The notes: generated by a model not told the origin, from the letters alone. A stretch of DNA of 64,000 nucleotides from Sporopachydermia quercuum (GCA_001599295.1 BCGN01000002.1:434001-498000); one strand, 5' to 3'; shown: positions 1 to 13,843, numbered from the stretch's first letter. Numbers and translations: made by a program.

Positions 1-765
1 TGAAAATGGATAGACACATGGTATCCGGTTTTGCAGTACGATTATTTCCGTTTCACAGAGGACCTTAAATCTCATCTCAGAAACTTTTTTCGTACTATCC
101 GAGATGAGATGTGAAGCGTTAACGTATTTCCGAAGACATAGAACATATTTATTGCCGATTTGGGAAAAAACGATATTAAATTTACCAAACAGGTAACAAC
201 TAAACATTTCGAGGATGCTTCTGACAGAAAAAAAGATGTTTGATGTTTGATTACTTATTACGAAAGGTAGTCAATAAATTGATTAGAAGCCCTGATAAAT
301 AGTAAACTTATTGGAAAGTGGAAAAAGTTCAATTAAACTTCTTGATTTGGTAATTATTGGAGATTAGTATTCATTTACATCAACAAATAACCCTTTTGAG
401 CTTTTCTTTATCCACTCCTGAACTAATTATATGTGGAAAAAGGAAGATATCTTATAATCTTATAATATTCGTTATTATAGAAAGGAGCAAATGGCCTATC
501 ACTTTCTTTGGTCTTTGTCTTTTTTATACAAATTCTTCCGAGACTCAAAGGTACAAGGGTTCTTGATCTTGTTTTCAATACGGAACTATCAATTGCAGAA
601 AGCAAGTCCTCTACTCAATCATTAACAAAAATTACTACCGCCTGGACAATTGGTTATCAATAATCTGGATTGAGCATAAAATTATAATTAGTCAACTACT
701 AAGACTCTAAGTATTATGTCAAATTGACTATCATAATTCCAAGATATCTCTAAATTTTCAACATT

Positions 766-3048
766 ATGATTGATCCGAGAATTGATGCATTACGAACAAT
801 AGAGAACCAAGAGTTCAACTCAAAGGCTCATTATGCTATCCCTGATAGCAAGTTCTCAACAAGCAATGTGCGAACTATAGCTACACTTGATCCTTCTGCA
901 AATAATAATGCAAAGGGTATTAATGATAATCATTTTCCTTTCAGGAGCAGACATGGTCAGGATGAAAATGCTCGTCAAGCTGAGAAACCAGCTAAGGCCA
1001 GATCAAGCAAAAGAAAGGAAAAACTTTCTGCTCTTTGTAAAACTCCACCATCGATTGTAAGAAATCCCAAAGGTCAAGACTATCAAAGAGGTATCTTCCT
1101 TGGTGAAGGAGGATTTGCTCGTTGCTTTCAAATGAAAGATGACGAAGGACAAATATATGCTGCTAAGACTGTTGCAAAAGCGTCATTAAAAGGTGAGAAG
1201 ACAAGAACAAAACTGTTATCAGAAATAAAAGTCCATAAGTCTTTACATCACCCTAATATTGTTCAGTTTATTGATTGCTTTGAAGATGACGTTAATGTTT
1301 ATATCTTATTGGAAATTTGTGCCAATCAATCATTAATGGATATGTTGAAAAAGCGTAAGAGACTAACTGAGTCTGAAACCAAATACTTTTTGATTCAGAT
1401 TATTGGCGCAATTAAGTATATGCATAGTCGAAGAGTAATTCATCGTGACTTGAAACTTGGTAATATCTTCTTTGATGATAAGATGAATCTAAAGATTGGT
1501 GATTTTGGTCTTGCAGCTGTTCTTGCAGATGATTCTGATCGTAAAAGAACTATTTGCGGCACGCCTAATTATATTGCTCCGGAAGTTTTATATGGCAAGG
1601 AAAAAGGCCATAGCTACGGAGTGGATATCTGGTCTATTGGTATTATGTTGTACGCTTTGCTCATTGGCAAACCACCTTTTCAATCTAAGGACGTGAATGA
1701 AATCTATGAAAAGATTAAATATAATCAATACACATTCCCAGCAGATATTGAAATCTCAGAAGATGCTGAAGATTTAATCCGAACAATTCTTAGTACCAAA
1801 CCTGAAGATAGACCATCCTTGAATGAAATAATCAACCATAGTTTCTTCAAACATTCTTTCCCTGCAAGAATGTCTACAATTTCTTTGACAGGAACACCGT
1901 CAGCGGTTGATATCAGCAGTCAAGATTCAATAATGAATCTTAACAGAGCGTTAAGAAAAGCTGGTCTTTCATTAACTGATGAAAATTCCAAGGATCCTGT
2001 AAGAATTCTTGATAGAGATCTCCATGCAGAACAACCAAAATCAATCTTACCTCACTCACTATCTCCCGGTAATACTAGCAGCAAATATAAAATGGTCTCA
2101 GTAGATAATGATAAATTTCAACAACAACAGCAGTCATCTCAAGAACCTGAGAATCATAGAATATATGGTATGGAAGAGCAAAATGCCCAAGGTATGAATG
2201 GGCAAGTACGCCTGAGATCGAATTGGAATCGATCAACATCAAAGTTTGGTATGAATGGTTTGGAAAGTCTTGCGAAGGTGAAAATTGCTGTTGGATCATC
2301 AAATCCTGAGGCGCAAACCAGTGTTGATCAAGAGAAAAGACCCCAAGGATTAAAACGATCATTACATCAACATCTGAAAACAAGTGAATCAAAATCCTTA
2401 TCAAGTGTTCCGTCTAAACGTTTACTGATTTCCAAATGGGTTGATTATTCCAATAAGCTTGGTTTCTCCTATCAGTTCTCTAACGGTGAAATTGGTGTAT
2501 TGTTCATTGATGGCTCCACCATTGTAGTTCCTGGAACAGCTCATATTGAAGGATTTCGTTACATTGGACCTAAATCCTCTGGTTACCCTAACAAGTGGTA
2601 TAATATAAGCGATGTTGACACTGAATCACGTTCCATAGGTAAGAAGCTGAACATCATTCAGTTTTTCTCTAATTACATGAAAGCAAACTTGAGAAAAGTT
2701 ACCGAGGAAGAAGCTTCATCAGACAGCTCATCAATTTGTAGTGTCTTTGTCTTAGGATTTCAGAGAAGCTCTGATTATACTATGTTTAAAATGAGTGATG
2801 GCTCATATCAATTCAACTTTGCTGATCATAAGAAAATGTGGATATCAGATGATGGTATGAACATTACTTTCATTGCTTTGAACAAAACACTGCATTCTTT
2901 CAAAATGTCAGAGTTTGATAAACTACAAAATATCCCTGATGTCTTGGATAAGAATGATTTGAACAAAAAGCTGGATGTTATTTGTCAAAAACTGAAGGAA
3001 GATCTGGAAGAAACACACGAATCAGGCGTCAAGCAAATGTATCGATAA
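766..3048 (+). CDS. CDC5: Polo-like kinase Cdc5
   Basis: Kinase motifs GEGGFARC, HRDLKLGN, DFGLA and ICGTPNYIAPE, plus a C-terminal polo box (SKWVDYSNKLGFSYQ). Single exon, 760 aa. Confidence 0.97.
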   Translation: MIDPRIDALRTIENQEFNSKAHYAIPDSKFSTSNVRTIATLDPSANNNAKGINDNHFPFRSRHGQDENARQAEKPAKARSSKRKEKLSALCKTPPSIVRNPKGQDYQRGIFLGEGGFARCFQMKDDEGQIYAAKTVAKASLKGEKTRTKLLSEIKVHKSLHHPNIVQFIDCFEDDVNVYILLEICANQSLMDMLKKRKRLTESETKYFLIQIIGAIKYMHSRRVIHRDLKLGNIFFDDKMNLKIGDFGLAAVLADDSDRKRTICGTPNYIAPEVLYGKEKGHSYGVDIWSIGIMLYALLIGKPPFQSKDVNEIYEKIKYNQYTFPADIEISEDAEDLIRTILSTKPEDRPSLNEIINHSFFKHSFPARMSTISLTGTPSAVDISSQDSIMNLNRALRKAGLSLTDENSKDPVRILDRDLHAEQPKSILPHSLSPGNTSSKYKMVSVDNDKFQQQQQSSQEPENHRIYGMEEQNAQGMNGQVRLRSNWNRSTSKFGMNGLESLAKVKIAVGSSNPEAQTSVDQEKRPQGLKRSLHQHLKTSESKSLSSVPSKRLLISKWVDYSNKLGFSYQFSNGEIGVLFIDGSTIVVPGTAHIEGFRYIGPKSSGYPNKWYNISDVDTESRSIGKKLNIIQFFSNYMKANLRKVTEEEASSDSSSICSVFVLGFQRSSDYTMFKMSDGSYQFNFADHKKMWISDDGMNITFIALNKTLHSFKMSEFDKLQNIPDVLDKNDLNKKLDVICQKLKEDLEETHESGVKQMYR

Positions 3049-3868
3049 GAAGTCTAGGAAATTTGTCATCAGTTGCTTTAATTGAGAATTCAAAACCGTG
3101 ACTAATAATGTTAGGCTCGCTCAAATAAATTCTGCTGTTAACATTCAAGAATTTACAAGGTAATAGATAACCAAATTATCGGATAGTTTGAGCAATCAAT
3201 ACTCGAAGCAACTGATAACTTAGGCTCTACACATCGACAACAATTCAATCGACCATGTACAATCTAAACTCATATTTGACTAGGGGTTTCTCATCAGGGA
3301 AAAACAACTCCTCTTATTAAAAATAGATCACCAATTCTCATTTCGCAAACAATCGCTTCTTTGATTATACTTAGTACTTATACCTGCAGAATTGGATCAA
3401 GAAATTGTTTTTCTTAACATATATAAGCATCATTATAAATAAACTCTGTTGTTTTCGTTATACAAAATTTCGGTAAACCGTATTACCATTTCTATGCAAT
3501 TTTTAGTAGTAGGATCAAAAAAAAAAATAATAAACGCGAGAAGAACAAAAGGAATAACACAGGAAACGAAAAACAAGAAAGGATCTGAATCACTGATAGT
3601 CTTAGTGATCAGAAATCACCCGATAGGAAATAAGGACTCTCCAACCAGACTTCGAGTTATTCTTTGAATCCATCTTTATCAACAATGAGAGGATTAAAAT
3701 ATAATACAGTTTCAGAAGATAAAAGCTCAAACAATCCAAAGGAGCAAAACTAACATGAGTAGTATGTTTCAAAGAATGTCTTGAATCTCCTGATGCTTTT
3801 CATAGTTTTAAAAGCTAAGATATAAATGTCTCCGCATGGCTACGACATGATTAATGATACTAAACTAT

Positions 3869-4381
3869 TCAGATATCATCAAATTCTTCATTAGCTACCA
3901 AACCCTTAAGATTCCATTCGGCTTCAAATCTATTTGCTAATTTATCCAAAGTAAGACTGATAGCGTCGCATGCATTTCTAACAGCTAATCGTGGAGCGTA
4001 ACCTTCTTCTGTTTGAACTCGCATTACAAGGTTAGGAAATAAAGGATGTTCTATTTTATATGCAGCAAATAGAACTTTCTCATCCTTTAATAGTTGGGCT
4101 CTTAGTAGATTAGCTAATGTGTGATCTTCTCTTTCAATGCGAATTATGGAAGTTGAAGGTGTTCTTGAATCCTGTTCAATAGTGATTCTAAGGTAGTTGG
4201 TTAGTGATGAGTGTGGAGTAAACAAGAAAAACGTTCAAGCCCCGTCGATTATGCCCCCCACTGAGATCAAGATAACTAGCAAATCACCTAAAGGTATATG
4301 GAATTATCAATTACATATCAATACTTACTTGCTCACTCCATCAGGAAGCAGAAACAATTCAAATCTGTCTGGGGCGTTCAT
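3869..4381 (-). CDS. RPB11: RNA polymerase II subunit Rpb11 (2 exons: 4381-4329, 4187-3869)
   Basis: Spliced product MNAPDRFELFLLPDGVSK/ITIEQDSR...EDHTLANLLR...FAAYKIEHP. Intron 4328-4188 is GTAAGT...CACTAAC...TAG and the phase is consistent. Confidence 0.95.
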
Positions 4382-4645
4382 ACTGATTAAGAGATTCTGC
4401 CTCGAAAACTTTCCAATTCAACCAGAATTTCTCTCTATTATTCACCGATTGCTTACCTCCCAACTTCTAAGCTAGGTTTATAATAACAACAAGAACAACA
4501 AGAAATAAAAATTGGTATCTTCTCTCCCTCTATTCACCACCATTCACAATATACATTATTATCATCATCTTGTATTAATGCTCTTTCACCGCATAAACTT
4601 CATAAGAAATTCCACTTTAATCATATCGTTCATGTTGAGACTTTG

Positions 4646-4832
4646 TTACCCGGATGTATGAGTTAGCTCACAGGAATCTTTTTTGATGACATAATTATTG
4701 ATCAACGGCCAACCAAGACCACACATCCTCCAAGTTAGGAAATACAAAGGGGTATCCGGCTGATCGAGAATTATTGGAACTCACTTCACTACTCATCTGG
4801 TTATTCAATCATGAAGCAAAAACATTACCCGG
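4646..4832. promoter_or_regulatory. Two Reb1-type sites in the RPB11/SIN3 divergent promoter
   Basis: TTACCCGG at 4646-4653 and 4825-4832 matches the Reb1 consensus. Confidence 0.6.
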
Positions 4833-5442
4833 ATAAACTTCTTAGCTTGCGAGAACTTCTTGAAAATCGGGGTTTATCACCTGTAATCAATGATTAATAG
4901 AACCTAGGGAGGTTTATCATCTCAAGAAACTACAAACAATGAGAAGTGTAAAGAGGAAATAATAATTATTAAGTAAAGGGTTTTGACAAAAACAGCAATC
5001 AAAAGTTGAATTTCACTTAGAGAAATTGAAAAGACTTTAACTCTTCTTCCATTATCAAACTTGTCAAGAATTTACTTCTGAGCGAAGGTTTGTTTGGTTT
5101 GACTTAGTGAAGCATTTTTTTGGCTATCTTCCATTTAGAATTGATTGATTGAGATTGCTTTCTCTGAGATCGGCGACTAATCCCGCTATGAATAATAATT
5201 TTTTGGTCAAATTGAACTAAAGAAATCAACATTTGAAATAGTGAATGGTCAACTTGTTCAACTGTTGCTTTAATTTATCTCTACACAGTGTCTAGTCTAG
5301 ATTTGGGTTCGAAGCTCAGTTAATGTCATCATACAAGATTCCGTGAAGTAATTCATTGAAATCAAAAAATCCTTAGAAAAACAATCGACAACCAGTTACA
5401 TTCGATATCAGAAAACTTCAATTCGCAGTTTTATTTCTGATA

Positions 5443-8400
5443 ATGTCTGCTCCTAACCAAATTCCCAACCCAGGCAGAATGAACACGGCCTATAAGCCCT
5501 TGAATGTCAAGGACGCTTTGTCCTACTTAGACCAAGTGAAAATTCAATTTTCGCACGCGCCTGATGTTTATAACAACTTCCTTGACATTATGAAGGACTT
5601 CAAATCTCAAACGTATGTGTTAAATTTGTGTTTTTATCATTGTTAGCTTATCTTTTCTTCGCCTGTCTCAACTCGTCTCTTATCCTACCTGCTCCTATTC
5701 ATGCCTCTCTTCTCACCTCATTCATCAAATATTCTTTCCTCACTGGGAAATATGCTTAACTTGATGCTTGCACATAACCTACAGTCTCACTCTGATAAAC
5801 GTGCAATCAGGGTAATTACACATGTCCAAATTGGGAGAGCGATGAGGTGAAGATTGCATAATTGAACGAGAGGAGACTCAAAGTGTAAAACGAGATGTGA
5901 AGTGAGAGTAGTTCGATTGTGGTTATCTCTCTGTCATCAACAACTTAGGTAGCAAAAGAGCATATACTATACTATTCTTAAGCCTAAAAACAATGCTCAT
6001 CTAAACAGCTATTTGGAAATATCACCGGCTTTTTAGCATTGTTTCTTAGGAACATCTGAGTAGCGTATTAGGGAGGTGTACTTGTACTCTCTGGGTCTTC
6101 TGCTGTCCCTTGGCAGTAAGTGCTCTGGAGGGGGACACCAAAGATCTATAGAAAGAAATGAGATGAGCATGGTAAAACGGGATATTGCTGTGGCAGATCA
6201 AACATAAGCAGAAGAAAGAAAAATTATAGAATAGAATGGAANTAAAATTCCTGTTGAGTAATTATTTGATCTGCGGATTTTGATCCTGTTTTTTCAATCT
6301 TTTCTCTGTCGATTGTTTTGTTTTTCCTGTTGATTCTCATTATGTTTCTCCTACTTATTTATTTGCTTTTTTCGAAGTATATCGAGACATTTCACAGTAC
6401 TAACCGACCGTTTATTTTCATCTAGTATTGATACGCCTGGCGTAATTGACCGCGTTTCACATTTGTTCCAAGGCCATCCAAGCTTGATTCAGGGATTCAA
6501 TACATTCTTACCTCCAGGGTATAGAATTGACTGCTCAATGGATCCTTATGACCCTAACCCAGTAAGAGTTACTACACCAATGGGTACATCTAATATATAT
6601 CACAATGGTCCTCCACCACCAAATACTGGTGCTCCTGGCCAAACTCATGGTTTGCAACGGGCTCAACCAGGTGTTATCGGTCAACCTATCACTGGGCCTC
6701 ATCAGGGCGATGCATTACAACGTGTTAAGAATGAAGAAGCTGCTTATGGAGGTAATGGATTGGATGATGCCCAAAAACAACATTTACATCAAACTTCACA
6801 ACAAGCATTACAACAGGCTCAAGCCCAACAACAGCAAACGCAGGTAGTTCAACAGGGACCTGGTGCTCAAAATCCACAACATCAAGATGTACCGGTATCC
6901 CAGCCATCACAACCAACAACCCTTGCCCCAGGTCAAGTACCTCCTCATCAAGGTGCTCAGAACTACCCCCCAGATGTTGCTGTTATGTATACAGCTGACG
7001 GTCAAGCTTTGACTCACGGAGCTTTGGCCAGTGCTGCCGCTGGTCAACAGCAAACGGGTGTCAAGAGAGCTGGAGGTCCAGTTGAATTCAACCATGCTAT
7101 CAGCTACGTAAACAAAATTAAAACTAGATTTGCTACCCAGCCTGATATTTACAAGCATTTTTTAGAAATTCTTCAAACGTATCAAAGAGAGCAAAAACCA
7201 ATCGGTGAAGTATATGCTCAAGTGACTGTCTTATTTCAGAACGCTCCAGATTTATTGGACGATTTTAAACAGTTTTTGCCCGATACAACTGCTTCTCAAC
7301 AACAGCAACCTGTTACTACTGCAGCAGCAAACCCTGGGTTAACACCTGGTGTAAGCGCTATGCCAGGTACTGCTGCTGGCCAACATGGTTTAGTTGCAAC
7401 TGCTGTAGGGCAAGAGCTATATGGTGGTCAAAACATGCATTTACCTCCAGTTGGTAATTTTGCTGCTCCTACATCTGGTAAAGAACGAAAGAAGAAAGAC
7501 GCCCAAAATGCAATTGCCAACACTGGTGGTTCTGCTTTATCTGTTAGTGATCCAAGCATTCCCCAACCACAAGAAATACCCGTATCTAACTTGCGTTCTT
7601 ATGGTAAAAGTAAAGGTAAAAGCAATATTAAAGGTGAACCAAGTTTAGTACCACCTATTAACGAACCTTTACCGCAGAGCAACAAAAATGGTAGCAATCT
7701 CAGCGAAGAAATTGCATTTTTCGATAAGGTAAAGAAAGCTATTAGTAACAAGCAAACGATGAACGAGTTCTTGAAAGTACTTAATTTATTCTCTCAGCAA
7801 CTAATTGACCGTGATACACTAGTTGAAAGAGTTGAGTCCTATTTAGGTCCTCATAAAGAGCTTTTTGACTGGTTCAAAAAATTTGTTGGCTGGACTGGTA
7901 AACCGTATCATATTGAGAATATCGTCTTCAAGAAGCATCAATTAGAATTATCCTTATGCAAATCATGCGGTCCTAGTTACCGTCAATTACCAAAAGCTGA
8001 GACTTATATGCCCTGCTCTGGTAGAGATGAAATGTGCTGGGAAGTTCTAAATGATGAATGGGTTGGACATCCAATCTGGGCTTCTGAAGATTCTGGGTTC
8101 ATTGCTCATCGTAAGAATCAATACGAAGAGATTTTACATCGAATTGAAGAAGAACGTCATGAGTATGATTTTTATATGGAAGCTAATCTAAGAACGATTC
8201 AAACATTGGAAACTATTGCTAATAGAATTGCAAATATGACTTCTGAAGAAAGATCTAATTTGAAATTGCCTCCAGGTTTGGGTCATACTTCAGTTACTAT
8301 CTATCAGAAGGTTATCCGTAAAGTTTATGACAAGGATAAAGGATTTGAAGTTGTCGACGCGTTACATGAAAATCCTGCTGTGGCTGTTCCCATTGTTTTG

Positions 8401-11226
8401 AAGAGATTGAAGCAGAAAGACGAAGAATGGAAGAGAGCTCATAGAGAATGGAACAAAGTGTGGAGAGAAACTGAAAACATGGTATTTTATAAGTCTTTAG
8501 ATCATTTGGGATTAAATATCAAACAAGCTGATAAGAAATCTCTTACTACCAAACAATTGGTTTCTGAAATAAGTGCTATCAAGACTGAACAAACCAATAA
8601 GAAGATTAATCCATTGACACCAAAACCAAAGAAACAGATTGAATATTCTTTCCGTGATATTTATATTTTCAACGATATCTACCGATTGTTCTTATCAACT
8701 ATTGAACATACTGGAAATTATTCATCAAATGATAAAGATAGGTTAGAAAACTTCTTTAAAGCTTTTCTTACGTTATTCTTTTCATTGCCATCTGGTCATA
8801 TTGACGATTATGTTAAGACTTTGAAAATGAAGAGTTCCTTTGATGACGAGGACAAGGAAGGTCATGAAACCACCAACGGTGATGGTGATGAGAGTAATGG
8901 CAATAATAATGTGAATGGAAATGGCAACGGCAACGGCAATGGCAATGGCAATGGCAATGGCAATGGCAATGGCAATGGTGTATCAAAAAAAAGAAGCCGA
9001 ACTGAAGAAAATAGTTCTTTATCTGATATCCTATACAAATATAAACACTCTAAGAAGAATGATAGTGATGAAGAGAAAGATGAAGCATCATCAAGAGAAG
9101 AACCTGAGTTGCCAGCAGAAATTGAGGAAGCAAGTTCTATTTGGCTTCAAACTGCTGAAGGCACTACTTCTTTAGAAGGTATCAAAGCTACTTTGAATGA
9201 GAAAATTGATCGCCATAGATACAATTTCTTCACCAACACATCAATATATGTTTTCTTCCGTCATTTAACTATCATTTATAGTCGATTGAATGAAGTCAAA
9301 AAGCTTGAAGGTTGGATAGCTAAGGATCTGAAATCAAGAACTGATGTTCAATTTGCTAAAGACTTGGGGCTGATTTCTCATAGATTAGAAGATTTGGGTG
9401 TTAAAATCACTGACGAAAAACCATGCTATGAGCAATTGCTTGATTTAGCTGAAAGAGTTATTCAAGGAGATATTGAATCTCAAATCTATGAGGAAAGTAT
9501 TCGTCAAAGCTATAAAAATAGAGCTTATAAGCTTTATACTATTGACAAATTATTAGCCAACTTAGTTAAACATTTACATACAGTTGTTTCAGATTCTAAA
9601 TCATCAGAAATTGTTTCAATATTTGAAAATGATCGACTGAAACCTCAGTCAACAGCTCGTCAACAAATCATGTGCAGAATGCAAGTTCGATCAATCATTG
9701 GTCCTGATGAAAACATGTTCCGCATTGAATGGAATGAAAAAAACAGATCTATGTGTATTCAATTCCTTGCTCTTGATGATAAAACACTACAAGATCAGAA
9801 GACCATTGAAGAAGAATGGAATTATTATCTCACTACATATATCATGTCTCATCCAACTGAAGGAGTTCCAGCAGACAGAATCTCTATGCCATTCTTGAGG
9901 AGAAATATGCTTGAAATAGATGATGAAGAAAGTGAAAACGAATCAAGTACTCCTGTTTCAACATTGTTAGATGGATATTTAAGGACCAGGTTGAAGGTTA
10001 GAATTTGCATGAATACCTACAAGATATTCTTCGAGCCTGATACCGAAGATGAATATATTAGTAGTAGTGTGTTCAAGAAAGCGCAAAGATTATCACCATC
10101 TTTTATCACTAGTAAAGATGTTAAATTGAAAGAGCTTGTTGATGGTTCTGGTTGTATTTGGAAAGAAGGATTGAGCGAAGAAGCTGTTAAGCAAACAACT
10201 GCTAATTTCCAACGATGGATGGAAAGTGGTGTAGTTGTTAGTGAGGACGCTGATGCCACTATCAATGAGTCTGCTGTCACTGAGATCGAAGAAAAGGAGA
10301 AAAATGGCAATGGTGAAGGGGATGGTGATGTTGATATAACAGATGCCCCAGAAGCTAGTGTTGCTTGTGCTACTATTGGTGCTGTTGATGGTGACGGCGA
10401 TGTTGAAATGGAAGCCGAACCAGAAACTGAAAAAGATGACCAGAAAAATAAAATTGAAAAAGAAACTAGTAAAGAATCAATAGAAGAGAAGGCTGATGTT
10501 GGGACCAGCGTACCTGAGAATAAAGTTGATGTTGCTACAGTTTCTAATTTTCGTGTCAGCACTTCAAGTGCTAGCGAAGTAGTAAAAGCCAAAGAAGCCG
10601 CACCGGTGGCATCAACTGAAGACGATAGCAATAATTTTGATGTTTCGATGGAAGATGTAAAAGCTGATGATGAAAAAGCTTCTACTGAATCTACTGATTT
10701 AATTGAAAATGCCACCGAAGCATCATCTAAATATGAAGCGGATGTTGTCTCTGCTAAAAAAACTGAAATTGAACTGGACGAGAACCAGCCGGCTGCAAAA
10801 GTTGATGATGCTGAACCAGTGACTGAACCAGAGAAAGAGACTTCTCATGAGAATGCTGATGGTAAACCAGAGTCAAAACTGGTAGCTCCGTCGACGACTT
10901 CTGAATCTGGTGAGGCAAATACTACTGCTGATGAGTCCAGTGCCACTGACGTTTCTCCTGGTGAAGCAAATGGTGCCGGCGCAAGTAGTAGTGAAACTAA
11001 AGATATCAAAGATAACGAGGATTCAAAGGAGAATACTATTGTTGATGACAAAAAACCTAAAAAAGCTGTTGTTGAATCCCCTGATGCAGATAAAACGTTA
11101 GCTGAAAGTTCAAATGAAACAGTGACATCCAGCACTAGTGCTACTGCTGTTGGCACCATCGAAACAGATGCAAAGAAAGAATCCACCAAACCAGCAGTTG
11201 ATGATAAAGCTAACGAAAAGTTATGA
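5443..11226 (+). CDS. SIN3: Sin3 histone deacetylase scaffold (2 exons: 5443-5612, 6426-11226)
   Basis: PAH1 ([14 protein letters not shown]...[20 protein letters not shown]) is split by the 813-nt intron 5613-6425 (GTATGT...TACTAAC...TAG). PAH2, PAH3, the HID ([10 protein letters not shown]) and Sin3_C follow. Confidence 0.96.
8912..8978 (+). repeat. (GGCAAT)n coding microsatellite giving an Asn-Gly repeat in SIN3
   Basis: Tandem ggcaat/ggcaac hexamers translate to NGNGNG... Confidence 0.9.
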
Positions 11227-11676
11227 ATTTCGATGCGATATAAACCGCTTCCATTTTATATTCTAGGCTTTTAGGCTTTTTACGTTACTAATCATTCTGA
11301 CACCTATTTGTTTAGTTGTTGTTGTACTAGTATTTCTTACATTATACTATACTATATTATATTATATTGTACTTTACGTTACTGAGCAAACGTTTATTTG
11401 TATTTATTCATTTACTCATGTGTTGTGTATGTTTTAATATTAAATACTTTATATTAGTGTACAAGTAGGTTTAATATGCTATTAATTATGTATGGGGTTG
11501 AGATTTACCGAGAACTATCAACTGAATAGTAATTGAATAAATATATACCAAGGGAAGGATTGTCATTACTATGTTGACACTTATGTTTCTTTAAGCTCTT
11601 CGGCAATTCCAGCTAATACTGAAATAGTCTATCCTCTTCGAGATCTTTTCATAGTACATCCTACCATACGGCTTAT

Positions 11677-13327
11677 CTACTCTGTCTCACAATCGACTCC
11701 AAAATCATCTATTCGTTCACCTTCGAAGTTCCTCCAGTGGTCTCGTTTAAAAAAAGAGGCTTCATTTTCAATACCTCTTCTCCATGTTGGTATACTTTCA
11801 TTATCGTTTCGCTGCACGTTGGTTATAGATGTAGTTGTTGCTGTTGTAATTGCTATTGTTCCTGTTGCTGCTGCTGCATCATCAGTATTACTTTCTTTCC
11901 CGTCGCTTGGATCCTGATTTACATGATCGGCTGGCCAAGGCAAGCAAGGTTCATTCTCATACTCACCATATTCATTCTTCTCAAAATGGATCCCATCACC
12001 AACTGCACGTCCCCACGGCAAAAATAAAGTGGTTATTGGACCCCATGAAGTAACTAAATTATGATATATCGAGATATCGTAAGGAAATCCTATATCTTCT
12101 TCATTGATGTCAGTTTTCTTATAGAAATCCAAATATGCGTCTAAAAACTCTGGCTGGATTCTTTTTTGCAGTAGATTATGTCTTAATTGAGATTCAATTC
12201 TTTCTTCTTCCCAGGATTCTATTTGCGTCATTCCTGATATTATAGTAGTTGAGAATACTCTTATTGTGAGTAGGAACACTGTGAGGAAAACGAATCCATC
12301 CATAGGAATAAGAATTATTGTGAGTGTTAGCTCAGATTTTGAGATTAGATACTATCTGAAGTGTTAGAAAACCAATGGTGTCATGATATATGTGAGTCTA
12401 AGAAGGAGATGACTTGTGATAGCTCCATTGATCAGTAGTTGGCGAAGTCAATCTCATGATAGAAGAGCAATTTGAACGGTTAAATCAACTATAATAACGT
12501 ACCGATGGTAAATTCCTTTGATGGTAATATCTTAATGCGTTTTTTATCAATTGTATGAAAACATACAATGTAAGAGTGTCAACATATACTAAGAATCTTA
12601 TAAAATGTGGCATATTGTTATGACCAACACAATTATATGTCCATGGACCTTGAAAATTGTTAGATACCAAGAAGAAATTATTCCCAATGATAATTTAACT
12701 GGCATGCATAATTTATTTACGTTGAACTAGTAAATCATTGTCAGGTTCCATGGTTCAATAGAGACAAATACGTACAATGATGATCCATTTTCAATACGCA
12801 TCTAGCGAAATGTATTCAGTTAGTATGGCTTTATCAAACAAAAAGAATTTTGATAGTAGAACCCATTTTTCACCTTGTAGATTCAAGAGGAAAGTATTCT
12901 ATCTAGCAACTCTACCTCTCCCAATTTCAAATTACATGCTTTTTACAGGCCTTACAATGATGACTTCTTTCTGGTTTATAATTCTTACACTTTTTGCACC
13001 ATCTTCTCCATTCCTTTTCGTTAGGTTTATAGTCCTTTGGGACACTTCCAGGGTCAGTGAATATAGCTAGAAAATAGGATATCCATAATAAAATCATGCC
13101 AATTTGAAAGATTAGTTGAGCCCTTTGAGGTGTGTGTTTGACAAGAATGAAATGGTATGCAGTGTTACTAATAAATGCAATTAAACAGCAGGGGATCTGG
13201 ATCTAATGTTAATAATCAATCAAATTATATAAAAGTATCATTTTCTTCCCTGCTCCCATCTTCTGTAATGTAACAATCGATCACATACAATAACACCTAG
13301 TATAGGCCATTTGAATGATACTGCCAT
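11677..13327 (-). CDS. PFA4: DHHC palmitoyltransferase Pfa4 (5 exons: 13327-13289, 13196-12940, 12801-12776, 12648-12503, 12351-11677)
   Basis: Spliced product MAVSFKWPILGVI/IPCCLI...WCKKCKNYKPERSHHCKACK/KCVLKMDHH/CPWTYNCVGHNNMPHFIRF...LPS/YLISK...FPYD...WRNFEGERIDDFGVD. All four junctions are in phase. The order RPB11-SIN3-PFA4 matches S. cerevisiae. Confidence 0.92.
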
Positions 13328-13843
13328 CTTGACATTATGTACGGGAATAAGTCTCGAAATATTGTAAATGGTTATACAACTCCATTCTCAGAACTTGGGC
13401 AATAAAACAATATTTGCAATACCCTTTTTCCGTCTCAAAGTGGCTAATCTATCTACTGTATATAAACTGTTGAGGTCCTGATCACAGGGAATATACATGA
13501 CAGTCCAGTGAGCCAAAATGCACAATGCTCAGACCAAAAAGTATATGAGGTAAAAACAATGTTGAGTTAGAACTTTGAGATGGATTTACACTGTGAATAG
13601 TATCAGTATCGAGAAAGTCTCAAAATTTGTAAAATCAAACAAGATCAGACGGTATCGCAATATTCAATGAATTGAGTTGAGTAAACACCGCAATAGATCT
13701 TTGATCTATGAATAAATCCAACCAATAGTCAAAACTGTCAAACGATAACGATTAGATTTAGATGAGACGGATTTACATGCATCATTATGCTCACTGTCCA
13801 GCAACATGCATAATCTGTTCTTGACTCTCAGCCCTTGATAATC

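Noticed and set aside
152..167. Mcm1-like TTGCCGATTTGGGAAA upstream of CDC5
   Set aside because: Plausible for a CLB2-cluster gene, but degenerate and without a clear adjacent forkhead site.
10017..11189. Long antisense ORFs (also 23820-24305, 47406-47966 and 62335-62769)
   Set aside because: These are shadows of low-complexity coding sequence on the opposite strand.
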